Shown here one piece after another: positions 18,247-27,537 of a stretch of DNA of 64,000 nucleotides. The stretch is from assembly GCA_965213925.1 (NCBI GenBank), contig OZ243927.1:3170146-3234145 (forward strand), written 5' to 3'. The notes beneath the pieces were generated by a model. It made no database searches. It saw only the letters and a list, made by a program, of their open reading frames with translations, and was not told where the DNA came from. Position 1 is the stretch's first letter. The number at the start of each line of letters is the position of its first letter. The position numbers and the translations under genes were made by a program. Source of the stretch: Trueperaceae bacterium (GTDB lineage Bacteria > Deinococcota > Deinococci > Deinococcales > Trueperaceae).

Positions 18247-19266
18247 CTAAGCAACGCTCCCGCAGGAGCGTCTGATAACGAGTTCTGTAGGGAGTACAGT
18301 GCGCGTCGGCACCTGCGACTCTGCTGAGTTCGCCCTGCCGAGAACCGAGCTGGCGGCTCGGAAGCCGAGTTCATAGGTGGGTTGCCGGACGGTCGTGAGA
18401 GGTGGCGTTACGTAGCCAGCCATCGGAACGTCGTCAAACCCTACGACGGCGATGTCTTCGGGTACTCTGAGACCGCGCTCCCGAAGCGCCAAAATAGCGT
18501 CGACCGCCATCTGATCGTTGGCGGCGAAAACAGCCTCGGGTCGGGGCTCGAGCTCGAGCAACCTCAGCATGGCTTCGTAGCCGCTCCCTGGTAGATAGGT
18601 TCCACGGGCGATGTAAGCCTCCGGTAAGACCGACCCAGCCGCGAGCAGGGCGTCTTGTAAACCGCGCAGTCGCTCGGCGCTGTCAGGGGTAGCGTCACTC
18701 CCTGTGATGTAAGCAAAGTGCCGATGCCCTAAAGCGAGCAAATGGTCGGCTAACGCTTTCGCACCGCCATAGTTGTCCGTTAAAAAGCTTGCCGCTAGAT
18801 CGCCCGCGTCTTGTTGAATAAAGGCGATAGGCAAGCGCTGGCGGGTAAATTGGCGCAAATCCGCGTCTGGAATTTTGATCCCTACGACTACCATCGCGTC
18901 GATACGCCTTTGGTTGACGAGCGGTTTATAGCAAGGCTCATCCGGCTGGGCCGCCTGACTCGCGACTAAGAGGTTATGACCGACAGCGGCAGCCGCTTCC
19001 TCGACACCGCGCACAATCCCCAGATAGAAGGGATCGCTAATCGTTGGAATAACGAAGCCTAAACTGTGAGTCTGCTGGGTGGCTAAACCCTTGGCCAAGG
19101 CGCTCGGCTGGTAGTTTAGTGCCTGAACGGCATCTAGCACACGCTGCCGCGTTGCAGGATGCACCCGGTTTAGACCATTGATAACGCGTGAAACAGTGCT
19201 GATAGAGACGCATGCGCGTTCGGCAACCTCGTCAATTGTTGCTCGTGAAGGCTCGAGTTGCTTCAT
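18247..19266 (-). CDS. LacI family transcriptional regulator
   Basis: N-terminal HTH ATIDEVAERACVSISTVSRVING and a periplasmic-binding-fold C-terminal domain. Confidence 0.9.
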   Translation of the reverse strand: MKQLEPSRATIDEVAERACVSISTVSRVINGLNRVHPATRQRVLDAVQALNYQPSALAKGLATQQTHSLGFVIPTISDPFYLGIVRGVEEAAAAVGHNLLVASQAAQPDEPCYKPLVNQRRIDAMVVVGIKIPDADLRQFTRQRLPIAFIQQDAGDLAASFLTDNYGGAKALADHLLALGHRHFAYITGSDATPDSAERLRGLQDALLAAGSVLPEAYIARGTYLPGSGYEAMLRLLELEPRPEAVFAANDQMAVDAILALRERGLRVPEDIAVVGFDDVPMAGYVTPPLTTVRQPTYELGFRAASSVLGRANSAESQVPTRTVLPTELVIRRSCGSVA

Positions 19267-19297
19267 AAAGACCTCTCGCTTAATGCTCAGCTATGAC

Positions 19298-19319
19298 ATT
19301 GTAAAAGCGCTTTTACAAT
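19298..19319. promoter_or_regulatory. perfect 22-bp palindrome, candidate LacI-family operator
   Basis: ATTGTAAAAGCGCTTTTACAAT has a central CG and lies 32 nt upstream of the LacI start. It contains TACAAT on both strands. Confidence 0.55.
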
Positions 19320-19747
19320 ACCTTAAACAAAGTAAATTGTCAAAAAAACGGTGACTGACTCGGCAAGAGTGTAGAAACCCTGAAGGGTCTCTTCACCAAC
19401 GCACTCAATTATTTCTCGATGCGGCTCAGGCTTCTGAATTCGGTGAGGCATGTACGAGTACGCACGAACGCGCCGAAATTACCGCGAGCGAACTTTTGCC
19501 ATGCATGACTGAGAAGATGAGGGTTTTGACCTTCTCGTTGAACTGTTGGGCACTACCGGATACGGGCAAACCCGCGCGGCGCTCGAGCCGAGATTGGTCA
19601 GAGACTTAGCGTGGAGGAGCTTGCGCTGGCTATGGAGCTGCGTCAGGTCTGGCTCAAATGTCCGCATTACGGGTTCGTCCGCTAAGTTCCGTACTCTGCC
19701 CAACGTCGATTTGTTTCGTCGCTGATGTTCTTCAGACAGGAGAAGGT

Positions 19748-20365
19748 TTATAGAGCATTTACAAGATGAGATGCTGTGATGCTTGTCAAGCTTTTGAGGT
19801 AGTCGGGGTCGAAGTGGCGCTGGTGGACGAGGACACCGTACATGATCCTGAGAAGCTTCGCCATGCAAGCGACCACGGCAGCCTTTCTGTTCTTGCCCTT
19901 GTTTATTAAGCGCTCAAAGAAGCGCTTGAGCGTAGGGTTATAACGAATAGCGACCAAGCTGGGCATGTGCAGGAGGTGCCGCAGGCTACCGGAACCGAGC
20001 CGGGAAATCCTCGTGCGCCGGTTTACACTGCTACCTGACTCGAACAGAGCGGGTGTCAGACCCGCGTAGGCGACGAGCTTACTTGCGCTCGAAAAGCGAC
20101 CCACGTCTCCTACCTCTGCTAGAAACAAACAGGCAGTTTTCGTGCCGATACTAGGAATGCTCGTCAGCAGCTCGAGTTCTTGAGGGTGCGTGTTCTCGGT
20201 TTCTCGCCCGAGCGCCTCTTCCAGCGCTTGCTTCTCAGCTTCGAGCGCCTCGATACGACGTCTTAAAGAAGTCAGAACTTCTGGGTGGGTGAGTCCCTGC
20301 TCGGCGGCTTCGAGACGGTTGCGTAGGCGTGTGATGTCCTCCTGCAGAGCGCAGCACTCATAAGC
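19748..20365 (-). pseudogene. IS110-family transposase, C-terminal half only (DEDD N-terminal domain missing)
   Basis: ..LELLTSIPSIGTKTACLFLAEVGDVGRFSSASKLVAYAGLTPALFESGSS..RISRLGSGSLR.. is the Transposase_20 signature. The frame is open back to about 20365, where it abuts another transposase fragment. Confidence 0.75.
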
Positions 20366-20374
20366 TCAAGAATC

Positions 20375-20812
20375 TCAACCTCGCGCTTCGTCAGGTCTGA
20401 CAAGCGCAGTGAGATGCCAGGTGCGCCCTTGTGCCTGCCAGACAAGGAGGAGGTCTATAACGCCGACCTCCTCGAGTACGACTTTGAGACGTTTGACGTA
20501 GCGCTTGAGCTTGGGATACCACCTCGCGCGACCAGGCAAGAAGCGCTCTGCTAGGTCTCTGACCCGTACCCGCTGAGCGCCAAATATAACTTTAGCGTTG
20601 GTTCTGAAACGTCCGACAAAGGGTAAGGGCAGATGCTTCAAGGAGCGAAGACCTAAACGTGTGGTGAACTCGGCGTCCACGACCACCTCTTTGAACTCGG
20701 CATTTGAAGTGGCGACGTCGCCTGCAACCGTGAGCAAAGCGCCCTGCGTAGCGGGTATGGCTTCAGTGGCGGTGAGCTTCGGGTACAAAGGCGTGCTCAT
20801 GTGCCTACTCAC
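20375..20812 (-). pseudogene. DDE transposase fragment (IS4/IS1634-like), truncated
   Basis: VVVDAEFTTRLGLRSLKHLPLPFVGRFRTNAKV resembles the central DDE region of IS4-type transposases. At 145 aa it is too short, and its 3' end abuts the truncated start of the IS110 fragment. Confidence 0.45.
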
Positions 20813-21040
20813 GAAGGGGTCACAGCACTTCGGTGCGGTGTGGTGTGGGGTCTCGCGTTAGGAGCGTTCGTGAACAGCTAAAACTGTTGGTCGCCGAGAG
20901 TTACCAGAGCGGTCTGCTCGACCCTCTTTGTTTCCTCTCCCTACTCGAGCGTTGAAATGGCTACCGAATTAACCTGTTTGCTCGAAACCGCATATGCACT
21001 TCACCTAAATATTGTGACGGTTGTAAGACACCTCACTTAA

Positions 21041-21721
21041 ATGATAAAATTAGGCATGATTAAAACAATGTCGCTATCAAACTCTGTCGGGGATTACCTG
21101 AAGGCGATTTGGATACTTGCCGAAGATGAGAGTGTTAGCACCAACGCCCTCGCCGAACACTTGGAGGTCACTGCCCCTTCGGTCACGGGGATGTTGGGCA
21201 AGCTAGCGAAGCTCGATCTCGTCACCTATGAGCGCTATCACGGCGCGAAGCTCACGAAAACGGGGCGTTTGGAGGCACTACGTCTTCTCCGTCGCCACAG
21301 GCTCATCGAAACCTTTCTGATCGACTACCTCGATTACACCTGGGATGAGGTCCACGCAGAGGCGGAGCTGATGGAACACACTATGACCGAGCGCTTCACT
21401 GAGCGTTTAGCAGAGAAGTTGGGACAGCCTACCTTCGATCCGCACGGCGACCCAATCCCTACGGTGGAGGGGGTAGTGCCGCGGCAAGCAGGCAAACCCT
21501 TAGCGAGCCTCGAGGTGGGCGAGACCCTCACAATCAACCGCATTTTAAGCCAGGAGAGCGAAGTCCTGAGCTATCTTTTCAGCCTCGGCGTGAAACCCGG
21601 CGCGGTGCTCGAGATTAAAGGGAAAGAACCGTTCGGCAAGCTGTTTCATGTCACCGGTCAGGGGGGAAGCTTCGCCCTATCAGCGGACTTAGCGCAGCAG
21701 ATTGAGGGTCAGGTGTCCTAG
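21041..21721 (+). CDS. DtxR/MntR family metal-dependent transcriptional regulator with C-terminal FeoA/SH3-like domain
   Basis: DYLKAIWILAEDE..STNALAEHLEVTAPSVTGMLGKL..RHRLIETFL..HAEAELMEH. The real start is possibly an internal Met near 21068. Confidence 0.85.
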   Translation: MIKLGMIKTMSLSNSVGDYLKAIWILAEDESVSTNALAEHLEVTAPSVTGMLGKLAKLDLVTYERYHGAKLTKTGRLEALRLLRRHRLIETFLIDYLDYTWDEVHAEAELMEHTMTERFTERLAEKLGQPTFDPHGDPIPTVEGVVPRQAGKPLASLEVGETLTINRILSQESEVLSYLFSLGVKPGAVLEIKGKEPFGKLFHVTGQGGSFALSADLAQQIEGQVS

Positions 21722-21738
21722 CGCAGCTGCGACTACGG

Positions 21739-21767
21739 TTGACAGTCAAGGCGTCCTACGTTATGAT
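21739..21767 (+). promoter_or_regulatory. sigma70-type promoter of the metal ABC operon
   Basis: TTGACA (21739..21744), a 17-nt spacer, then TATGAT (21762..21767). Confidence 0.6.
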
Positions 21768-21777
21768 TTTAGGCAAG

Positions 21778-21795
21778 GCAAATAATTTCATTTGC
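21778..21795. promoter_or_regulatory. inverted repeat GCAAAT-N6-ATTTGC, candidate DtxR/MntR operator
   Basis: Lies immediately downstream of the -10 box and upstream of the SBP gene, in an AT-rich region. Confidence 0.4.
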
Positions 21796-21826
21796 TTCAA
21801 TCATTTGGAGATTGAGGGATTATTAA

Positions 21827-22801
21827 ATGCAGAAGTTTTTTATAGCGTTGGTTGTTGTACTGAGTTTTGGCATGGGCGCTTTTGCCCAAGAACCTCTTAA
21901 TGTCATTTCTACGGTTGGCATGTTGAACGACGTGGTGAAAAACGTTGGCGGGGAGTGCGTAGAGGCGACCGCGATTATGGGGGCGGGCGTCGACCCGCAC
22001 CTATACCAGGCGAGCGCACAAGACGTGCGTCTCTTTCAAAATGCCGATGCAATTTTTTATTCGGGGTATGTCCTCGAGGGTCAGCTCGGTAACGTTTTAG
22101 AGCGCTTTGCTGAGCAAAAAACCACCGTCGCCGCCTCGCCCTCGTCGATTGATCCGGGCGACCTCATCACGGTGCAAGACATCTACGGCATCGACCCGCA
22201 CCTGTGGATGGACCTGAGCTTGTGGGCAAAACTCGCCCCAACCGTCATGAACACGCTCAGCGAGCTGCGCCCCGACTGCGCCGAGCAGATGCAAGCTAAT
22301 GTGGACAGCTATACCAATCAGCTCATGGCGCTGGACGGTTGGGTCGAGGAGAGCATCGCCTCAATCCCCGAACAGCAGCGCATCTTAGTCACTGCCCACG
22401 ACGCCTTTAACTACTACGGACGGGCTTACGGTATCGAAGTGGCAGGCATCCAAGGGATCAGCACCGAAGCCGAAGCTGCCGTCGCCGATATTCGCGGCAC
22501 GGTTGATACCGTCGTCGAACGGCAAGTCCCCGCCATTTTCGTCGAGTCCACCATCAATCCGCGGACTGTCGAGTCGGTCAGACAGGCAGCGCAGGAGCGG
22601 GGTCAAGCGGTCGAAATTGGCGGACAGCTCTACTCCGACGCGATGGGGCAAGACGGCACGGCAGGCGGCACCTACATCGGGATGCTGTTTGAAAACACCA
22701 AAAACATCACGCAGGCACTCGGTGGCACGGTGCCACCTTTGCCCGAAGCGCTAAGCGCTTGGGCGGAGCAGTGGGGCGTCGAAGTGGCGCAAGCGCAGTA
22801 G
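21827..22801 (+). CDS. metal (Mn/Zn/Fe) ABC transporter substrate-binding protein, cluster A-I (TroA/PsaA/MntC-like)
   Basis: Signal peptide, then GAGVDPHLYQAS, IDPHLWMD and TAHDAFNYYGRAYG motifs. Confidence 0.9.
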   Translation: MQKFFIALVVVLSFGMGAFAQEPLNVISTVGMLNDVVKNVGGECVEATAIMGAGVDPHLYQASAQDVRLFQNADAIFYSGYVLEGQLGNVLERFAEQKTTVAASPSSIDPGDLITVQDIYGIDPHLWMDLSLWAKLAPTVMNTLSELRPDCAEQMQANVDSYTNQLMALDGWVEESIASIPEQQRILVTAHDAFNYYGRAYGIEVAGIQGISTEAEAAVADIRGTVDTVVERQVPAIFVESTINPRTVESVRQAAQERGQAVEIGGQLYSDAMGQDGTAGGTYIGMLFENTKNITQALGGTVPPLPEALSAWAEQWGVEVAQAQ

Positions 22802-22817
22802 CAGACGGCTGAACTTC

Positions 22818-22850
22818 GGTAGCGGTGTGTTGTTGCGACACACCGCTACC
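22818..22850 (+). other. intercistronic stem-loop (12-bp perfect stem) between the SBP and ATPase genes
   Basis: GGTAGCGGTGTG ttgttgcga CACACCGCTACC. There is no U-tract, so it is a possible mRNA stabiliser or attenuator. Confidence 0.5.
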
Positions 22851-22954
22851 CCTTGCGTTACGACTCACCTGGTTGAATTAACAGGGCAAATAGCTTGGGC
22901 AGCAGCTTTGAGGACCTATTTTAGTGAAACTATATAAAGGCTCGAAAGGAAACC

Positions 22955-23761
22955 ATGAACGAAACCCACGAACCCAACCTCGCAGTTCATGTCGAAGACT
23001 TAACTGTGAGCTATCACAGCAAGCCCGTATTGTGGGACATCGACTTGGACGTGCCGCCGGGCGTTCTCGCCGCCATCGTTGGACCTAACGGGGCGGGCAA
23101 AAGCACCCTCATCAAGACGATTCTAGGGCTTGTCAAGCCTGCGGCGGGTCACGTTTACATTCACGGGGGGTCTTACCGCGAGCAGCGCAGTAGGGTCGGC
23201 TATGTACCACAGCGCTCTTCGGTCGATTGGGACTTTCCAACTACTACCTTAGACGTGACGACGATGGGGCTTTACGGTCACTTGGGCTGGTTTCGGCGAC
23301 CCGGCAAGAAGGAGCGCGAGCGGGCTTTAGGAGCTTTAGAGCTGGTCGGGATGCAAGACTTCGCCGACCGGCAAATCAGTCAACTCTCGGGGGGACAGCA
23401 GCAGCGCGTCTTTTTAGCGCGGGCACTGGTCCAAGATGCCGACGTGTACTTTTTAGACGAGCCGATGGCGGGCGTGGACGCCACCACAGAACGCGCCATC
23501 GTCAACCTGTTGCGCGAGTTGCGCGACCGGGGCAAAACCGTCATCGTGGTACATCACGATTTACAAACCGTCACGAGTTACTTCGACTGGATGTTGATTT
23601 TGAACGTCCGAGCGGTGGCGCAAGGACCCGTCCGTGAGGTCTACACCGCCGAGAACTTGCGCTCGGCTTATGGCGGACAGATCGCGCTACTCGGCGATAA
23701 CCATTTCCCGGTGCAAGAACCGGCGCAAAAACCCGCATCTGAAAACCTCAAGGCGAACTGA
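22955..23761 (+). CDS. metal ABC transporter ATP-binding protein
   Basis: Walker A GPNGAGKST, signature LSGGQQQR and Walker B VYFLDEP. Confidence 0.9.
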   Translation: MNETHEPNLAVHVEDLTVSYHSKPVLWDIDLDVPPGVLAAIVGPNGAGKSTLIKTILGLVKPAAGHVYIHGGSYREQRSRVGYVPQRSSVDWDFPTTTLDVTTMGLYGHLGWFRRPGKKERERALGALELVGMQDFADRQISQLSGGQQQRVFLARALVQDADVYFLDEPMAGVDATTERAIVNLLRELRDRGKTVIVVHHDLQTVTSYFDWMLILNVRAVAQGPVREVYTAENLRSAYGGQIALLGDNHFPVQEPAQKPASENLKAN

Positions 23762-24903
23762 TGGACGCCCTTCTCACCCTGTTTCAAGACTACACCATTC
23801 AGAACGTAGCCCTCGGCGCGGCGCTCTTGGGCATTAGCAGCGGGGTTTTGGGTTCCTTTGCGGTGCTGCGGCAGCAGAGTTTGTTGGGGGACACTATGTC
23901 CCACGCGGCGCTGCCGGGGGTGTGTCTGGGGTTTATCGTGGCGGGGTCGCGGCAGCTCGGCAGTATCTTGTTAGGGGCGCTGATTACGGGCACGTTGGCG
24001 GCACTTTTGATGCTGCTTTTAACGCGCCGCAGTCGCCTCAAAACCGACGCGGGGCTAGGGTCCGCGCTCAGCGTCTTTTTTGCGCTGGGTATCGTTTTGC
24101 TCACCTATATCCAGGGCACGGGCAACGCCTCTCAGGGCGGGCTGGACAGCTTTCTCTTTGGACAAGCCGCCGCTATTTTACGCAGTGACCTTTACGTTAT
24201 GGGTGGGGTGACGCTCTTCGCGCTTTTGCTGGTGGCGGCGTTCTGGAAAGAGTTTAAGCTGGTCACGTTTGACCCCGGCTTTGCCGGGTCGCTGGGCTTT
24301 CCGGTCATCGCCCTCGAGATCGTCCTCACCGTGATGCTCGCGCTCGCCGTCGTGATCGGTTTGCAGATGGTCGGGGTGGTGTTGATGGCGGCGATGGTGA
24401 TTGCGCCCGCTGTGGCGGCGCGGCAGTGGAGCAAAAAGCTCGAGCAGATGGTGGTGCTGGCTGCCTTTATTGGCGCGGCGGGCGGCGTCTTCGGCAGTGT
24501 GCTAAGCGCCGTGCGGCGCGGGCTGGCGACGGGTCCTTTAATCGTCCTGAGCATCTCCGCGCTGGTCGTTCTCTCGCTGCTCTTCGCGCCGGAGCGCGGC
24601 TTGCTCTGGGAAGCCGCGCAGCACCTGCGCAACCGCCGTCGGCTACGCACGCAGCGCGTCCTCACCACGCTCTACAGCCTCTCACAGCGGCACGGCGACC
24701 CTCATTATAAGACCGAACAGGGGATGGTGAACGCTTACTACGGCGTCGGCACCGAAGCGATCCTGGGGCGGCTCGAGCGGCGCGGCTTCATCAAAAGCGT
24801 GCCGCACATGCCCGAGGAGGGTCCGCACTGGGAGCTTACCGCCGGGGGGCGCGCTGAAGCCGAACGCATTTTGGAGAACTTGAACCCGCAGGAGAACAGA
24901 TGA
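23761..24903 (+). CDS. metal ABC transporter permease (ABC-3 family) with C-terminal DtxR-like winged-helix extension
   Basis: About 285 aa of ABC-3 TM core, followed by about 95 aa: ..RVLTTLYSLSQRHGD..ILGRLERRGFIKSV..WELTAGGRAEAERILENL. Confidence 0.9.
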   Translation: MDALLTLFQDYTIQNVALGAALLGISSGVLGSFAVLRQQSLLGDTMSHAALPGVCLGFIVAGSRQLGSILLGALITGTLAALLMLLLTRRSRLKTDAGLGSALSVFFALGIVLLTYIQGTGNASQGGLDSFLFGQAAAILRSDLYVMGGVTLFALLLVAAFWKEFKLVTFDPGFAGSLGFPVIALEIVLTVMLALAVVIGLQMVGVVLMAAMVIAPAVAARQWSKKLEQMVVLAAFIGAAGGVFGSVLSAVRRGLATGPLIVLSISALVVLSLLFAPERGLLWEAAQHLRNRRRLRTQRVLTTLYSLSQRHGDPHYKTEQGMVNAYYGVGTEAILGRLERRGFIKSVPHMPEEGPHWELTAGGRAEAERILENLNPQENR

Positions 24904-26039
24904 TAACAGATTTTTTCAACAATGTTCCGCTGATGATTATGCTCACGGGCGCGCTCGTTGGGATAGGCTCGAGTTTGCTCGGGGCGTTTCTGGTTTTGCG
25001 TAAAAACAGTATGCTCTCAGACGCGATCAGCCACTCGATCGTCTTTGGCATCGTGATCGTGTGGATTTTAACCAAGCAGGAGAGCGGTCCCGTCCAGCTC
25101 CTGGGCGCGGCGCTGACCGGCGTCCTCACCGTGTTCTTGACCGAAATGTTGGTCAACACCCGTAAGGTCAAAAACGACGCGGCCATCGGGCTGGTCTTTC
25201 CGGTGCTTTTTTCCATCGGGGTGCTGCTCTTAAACACCTACGCTCACAACGTCCATATCGACCAGCACACGGTTCTTTTAGGCGAAATCGGCTTTGTCTG
25301 GCTCGACACCGTGCAGGTCGGTCCCTACAACATTCCGCAGTCGCTGCTGTCGCTCGGCGGGGTCACGCTCGTCAACTTTTTGTTCGTGATTTTCTTCTAT
25401 AAAGAGCTAAAAATCTCGACCTTCGACGCGGGACTCGCCAAGGCGCTCGGTTTTGCGCCGGTGGCGCTCTTTTATGCGCTCTTGGGGCTCACCAGCGCAA
25501 CCGCCGTGGCCGCTTTCGACGCTGTAGGCGCGGTGCTCTTTATCGCTTTTGCTATTGTGCCCGCTTCGACCGCTTACCTGCTCACCGACAGGCTCTGGAA
25601 AATGATCCTCTACGGCTCATTAGTGTCTATAGCCTCGAGCATCAGCGGTTACTACCTAGCCGTTTACTGGAACGTGTCTATCGGCGGGATGATGGCGGTC
25701 ATGACCGGCGTCTTTTTGCTGCTAGCGTTTTTGTTCGGACCGCGCTACGGGCTTATCGCCCAAGAACTGCGCCGCCGCGCCCAGCACCAGGCTAACGAGG
25801 GACGCGCCTTGGCGGTACACCTTTATAACCATGAAAGCGACCCAAGCCGCCTCGAGGAAAACGTGGTCAGCGCCCTTCAAGAACACTTGCGCTGGAGCCA
25901 GAAAAAGGCTCGTCAGGTCCTCCTAAGAAGCCTGGATCAAAACCTGCTGGTGCGTAGCGGCGACGTTTTACAGCTAACCCCCAAAGGGCGAGCGGTGGCA
26001 CGTGAGATCGTAGAACCGTGGCAACAGAGTCGCCTTTGA
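24900..26039 (+). CDS. metal ABC transporter permease (ABC-3 family) with C-terminal DtxR-like winged-helix extension
   Basis: ABC-3 TM core followed by ..ALAVHLYNHESD..ARQVLLRSLDQNLLVRSGDVLQLTPKGRAVAREIVE. Confidence 0.9.
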   Translation: MITDFFNNVPLMIMLTGALVGIGSSLLGAFLVLRKNSMLSDAISHSIVFGIVIVWILTKQESGPVQLLGAALTGVLTVFLTEMLVNTRKVKNDAAIGLVFPVLFSIGVLLLNTYAHNVHIDQHTVLLGEIGFVWLDTVQVGPYNIPQSLLSLGGVTLVNFLFVIFFYKELKISTFDAGLAKALGFAPVALFYALLGLTSATAVAAFDAVGAVLFIAFAIVPASTAYLLTDRLWKMILYGSLVSIASSISGYYLAVYWNVSIGGMMAVMTGVFLLLAFLFGPRYGLIAQELRRRAQHQANEGRALAVHLYNHESDPSRLEENVVSALQEHLRWSQKKARQVLLRSLDQNLLVRSGDVLQLTPKGRAVAREIVEPWQQSRL

Positions 26040-26111
26040 GGACAAATCTCGAGTGAAAGAAACAGTAGTTTTGTTTAGCCTTATAGAGCCCTAATCGGTA
26101 GCGAGAGGACA

Positions 26112-26153
26112 AGCAACGTTAAGCTCATGTAAGCTCAACGTTGCTTTTTATTT
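26112..26153 (+). terminator. rho-independent terminator after the metal ABC operon
   Basis: AGCAACGTT ..16 nt.. AACGTTGCT followed by TTTTTATTT. Confidence 0.7.
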
Positions 26154-26235
26154 GACTTTAGGGTTCCGTAAAACACTAAGATTTTCTATAGGGGTTTTGA
26201 GGGAACCGAGCCCAGAAGCGATGTCAAGCTAGTAT

Positions 26236-26275
26236 TAGCAGTTCCAAGACATACTGAGACGGAGCACCGCAGATA
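26236..26275 (+). repeat. MITE-like element R1, copy D, 5' 40 nt only (truncated by IS630 copy 2)
   Basis: TAGCAGTTCCAAGACATACTGAGACGGAGCACCGCAGATA matches the 5' part of the copies at 32490, 36794 and 44156. It ends at the TA used by the IS. Confidence 0.8.
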
Positions 26276-27345
26276 AGGACCCGTACACAATTACTTTCAA
26301 CCGAGATTTGGCTGAGAGAAGTTGATAGACAAGTCGTTACTGACAGAGGCTAGGATTTGGGTCACGGCGTAGAAGAGGGTATCTTCAGCGAAGTAGTCCT
26401 CGGGTCTGAGCCACTCATACTTGAGCTCACGCCAGAGGATTTCTATCAGGTTGAGGTGTAGTGAGTAAGGGGGTAAGTAGAAGAGGAAAAGCCCGCGCCG
26501 TTCCCACACTTCACGACGCTCTTGAAAGCGCTTGGCGGCATGTACCCGCGCATTACCGAGTACAACGACAGTGAGCTTACTGATGCTAAAGGCTAAGGTC
26601 TCGGATGATGAAGTCGCTGTCAATCTTGCCTCTCGTTGTTCTGAATAGAAAGTCATTATCGCGGCTGAATAAACCGAAGAGGTTGAGTCCCTTGCCTTTA
26701 GCTGAGGGCGTAAACACATCTTCATCCTTGAACTGCCAGCCATAGGGTATACAAGGCTCAGTCGAAACGCGGCTCTCATCACCGTAGAAAAGGTCAATCA
26801 GCCCTTGGCTAGAGAGCCATTCGAGATTGTCTAGCTCCTCGACTTTGAGGGCGTAGCTTTCCTCGTCTGTTTGGTAAAGGGGACGCTTTCGGATGCGTTT
26901 ATAGTTTGCACCATGTTTTTTATATAGCGCTCCAAGGTCTTCGTGCTGAAGTTTTTACCTAGCGCCTCTTCTAATTCGGCCCTCGCAACCTTGAGCTGTT
27001 GTCAGTGTGTCTGCACCGCTACTCTAACTGCTGCTAAATCTGCCTCCAGCACCTAAAATCGGTCTGCGTCCCCGTCCTGCTCTCGTACGCAGCCCCTCAA
27101 TACCCTCTACCTCATAACGCTTCAGCCAGTTGTTCACCGACACCTCGCAGCAACCCAATATCTCAGCAACTTCTGCCGAGGTGCGCGGCTCGCTTTTGAG
27201 CAACATCATCTGACAATGCTGTCTATAGCTGTGCGTATCGCCTTCTCGGTAGCCCTTCTCTAATTCTGAACGCGCTACCTCATTCAGCTTAACTGTTTTG
27301 ATCCTCGCTATAGCTTAGTTTAAGCTATTTCTGGTCGGGTACTTA
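26274..27345 (-). mobile_element. IS630-family element, copy 2, decayed
   Basis: Inverted repeats TAAGGACCCGTACACAATTAC / TAAGTACCCGACCAGAAATAG (15/21), with TA at both ends. Transposase pieces are at 27024..27209 and 26297..26797 with frameshifts between them. The start codon appears mutated (ATA). Confidence 0.85.
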
Positions 27346-27496
27346 GATGCGCGAGGCGCAAGAACACGTCCTCGCCTTCGCGCCAGAGGAGTCGCCCGTA
27401 TACCTACCCTCGCACGACCCAGACTCGGTTGGAAGGTTGCGGGCTGGAGCGGTGCTCGTGCCTGGAAGGGGCTAGTAGTCGAGCAGCAGGAGGTGC

Positions 27497-27526
27497 TGTG
27501 CGGCGAACGCGCGCAACTGTTGCACA
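27497..27526 (+). repeat. GC-core hairpin R4, copy a
   Basis: TGTGC ggcgAACGCGCGCAACTGtt GCACA. Lies 12 nt beyond the stop of the minus-strand permease gene. Confidence 0.7.
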
Positions 27527-27537
27527 AACCTTTACGC

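Noticed and set aside
26297-27209. Programmed ribosomal frameshifting to explain the split IS630 transposase ORFs.
   Set aside because: Each copy needs several frame changes at non-homologous places. The copies also have a mutated start codon, stop codons or foreign insertions, so decay is the simpler explanation.
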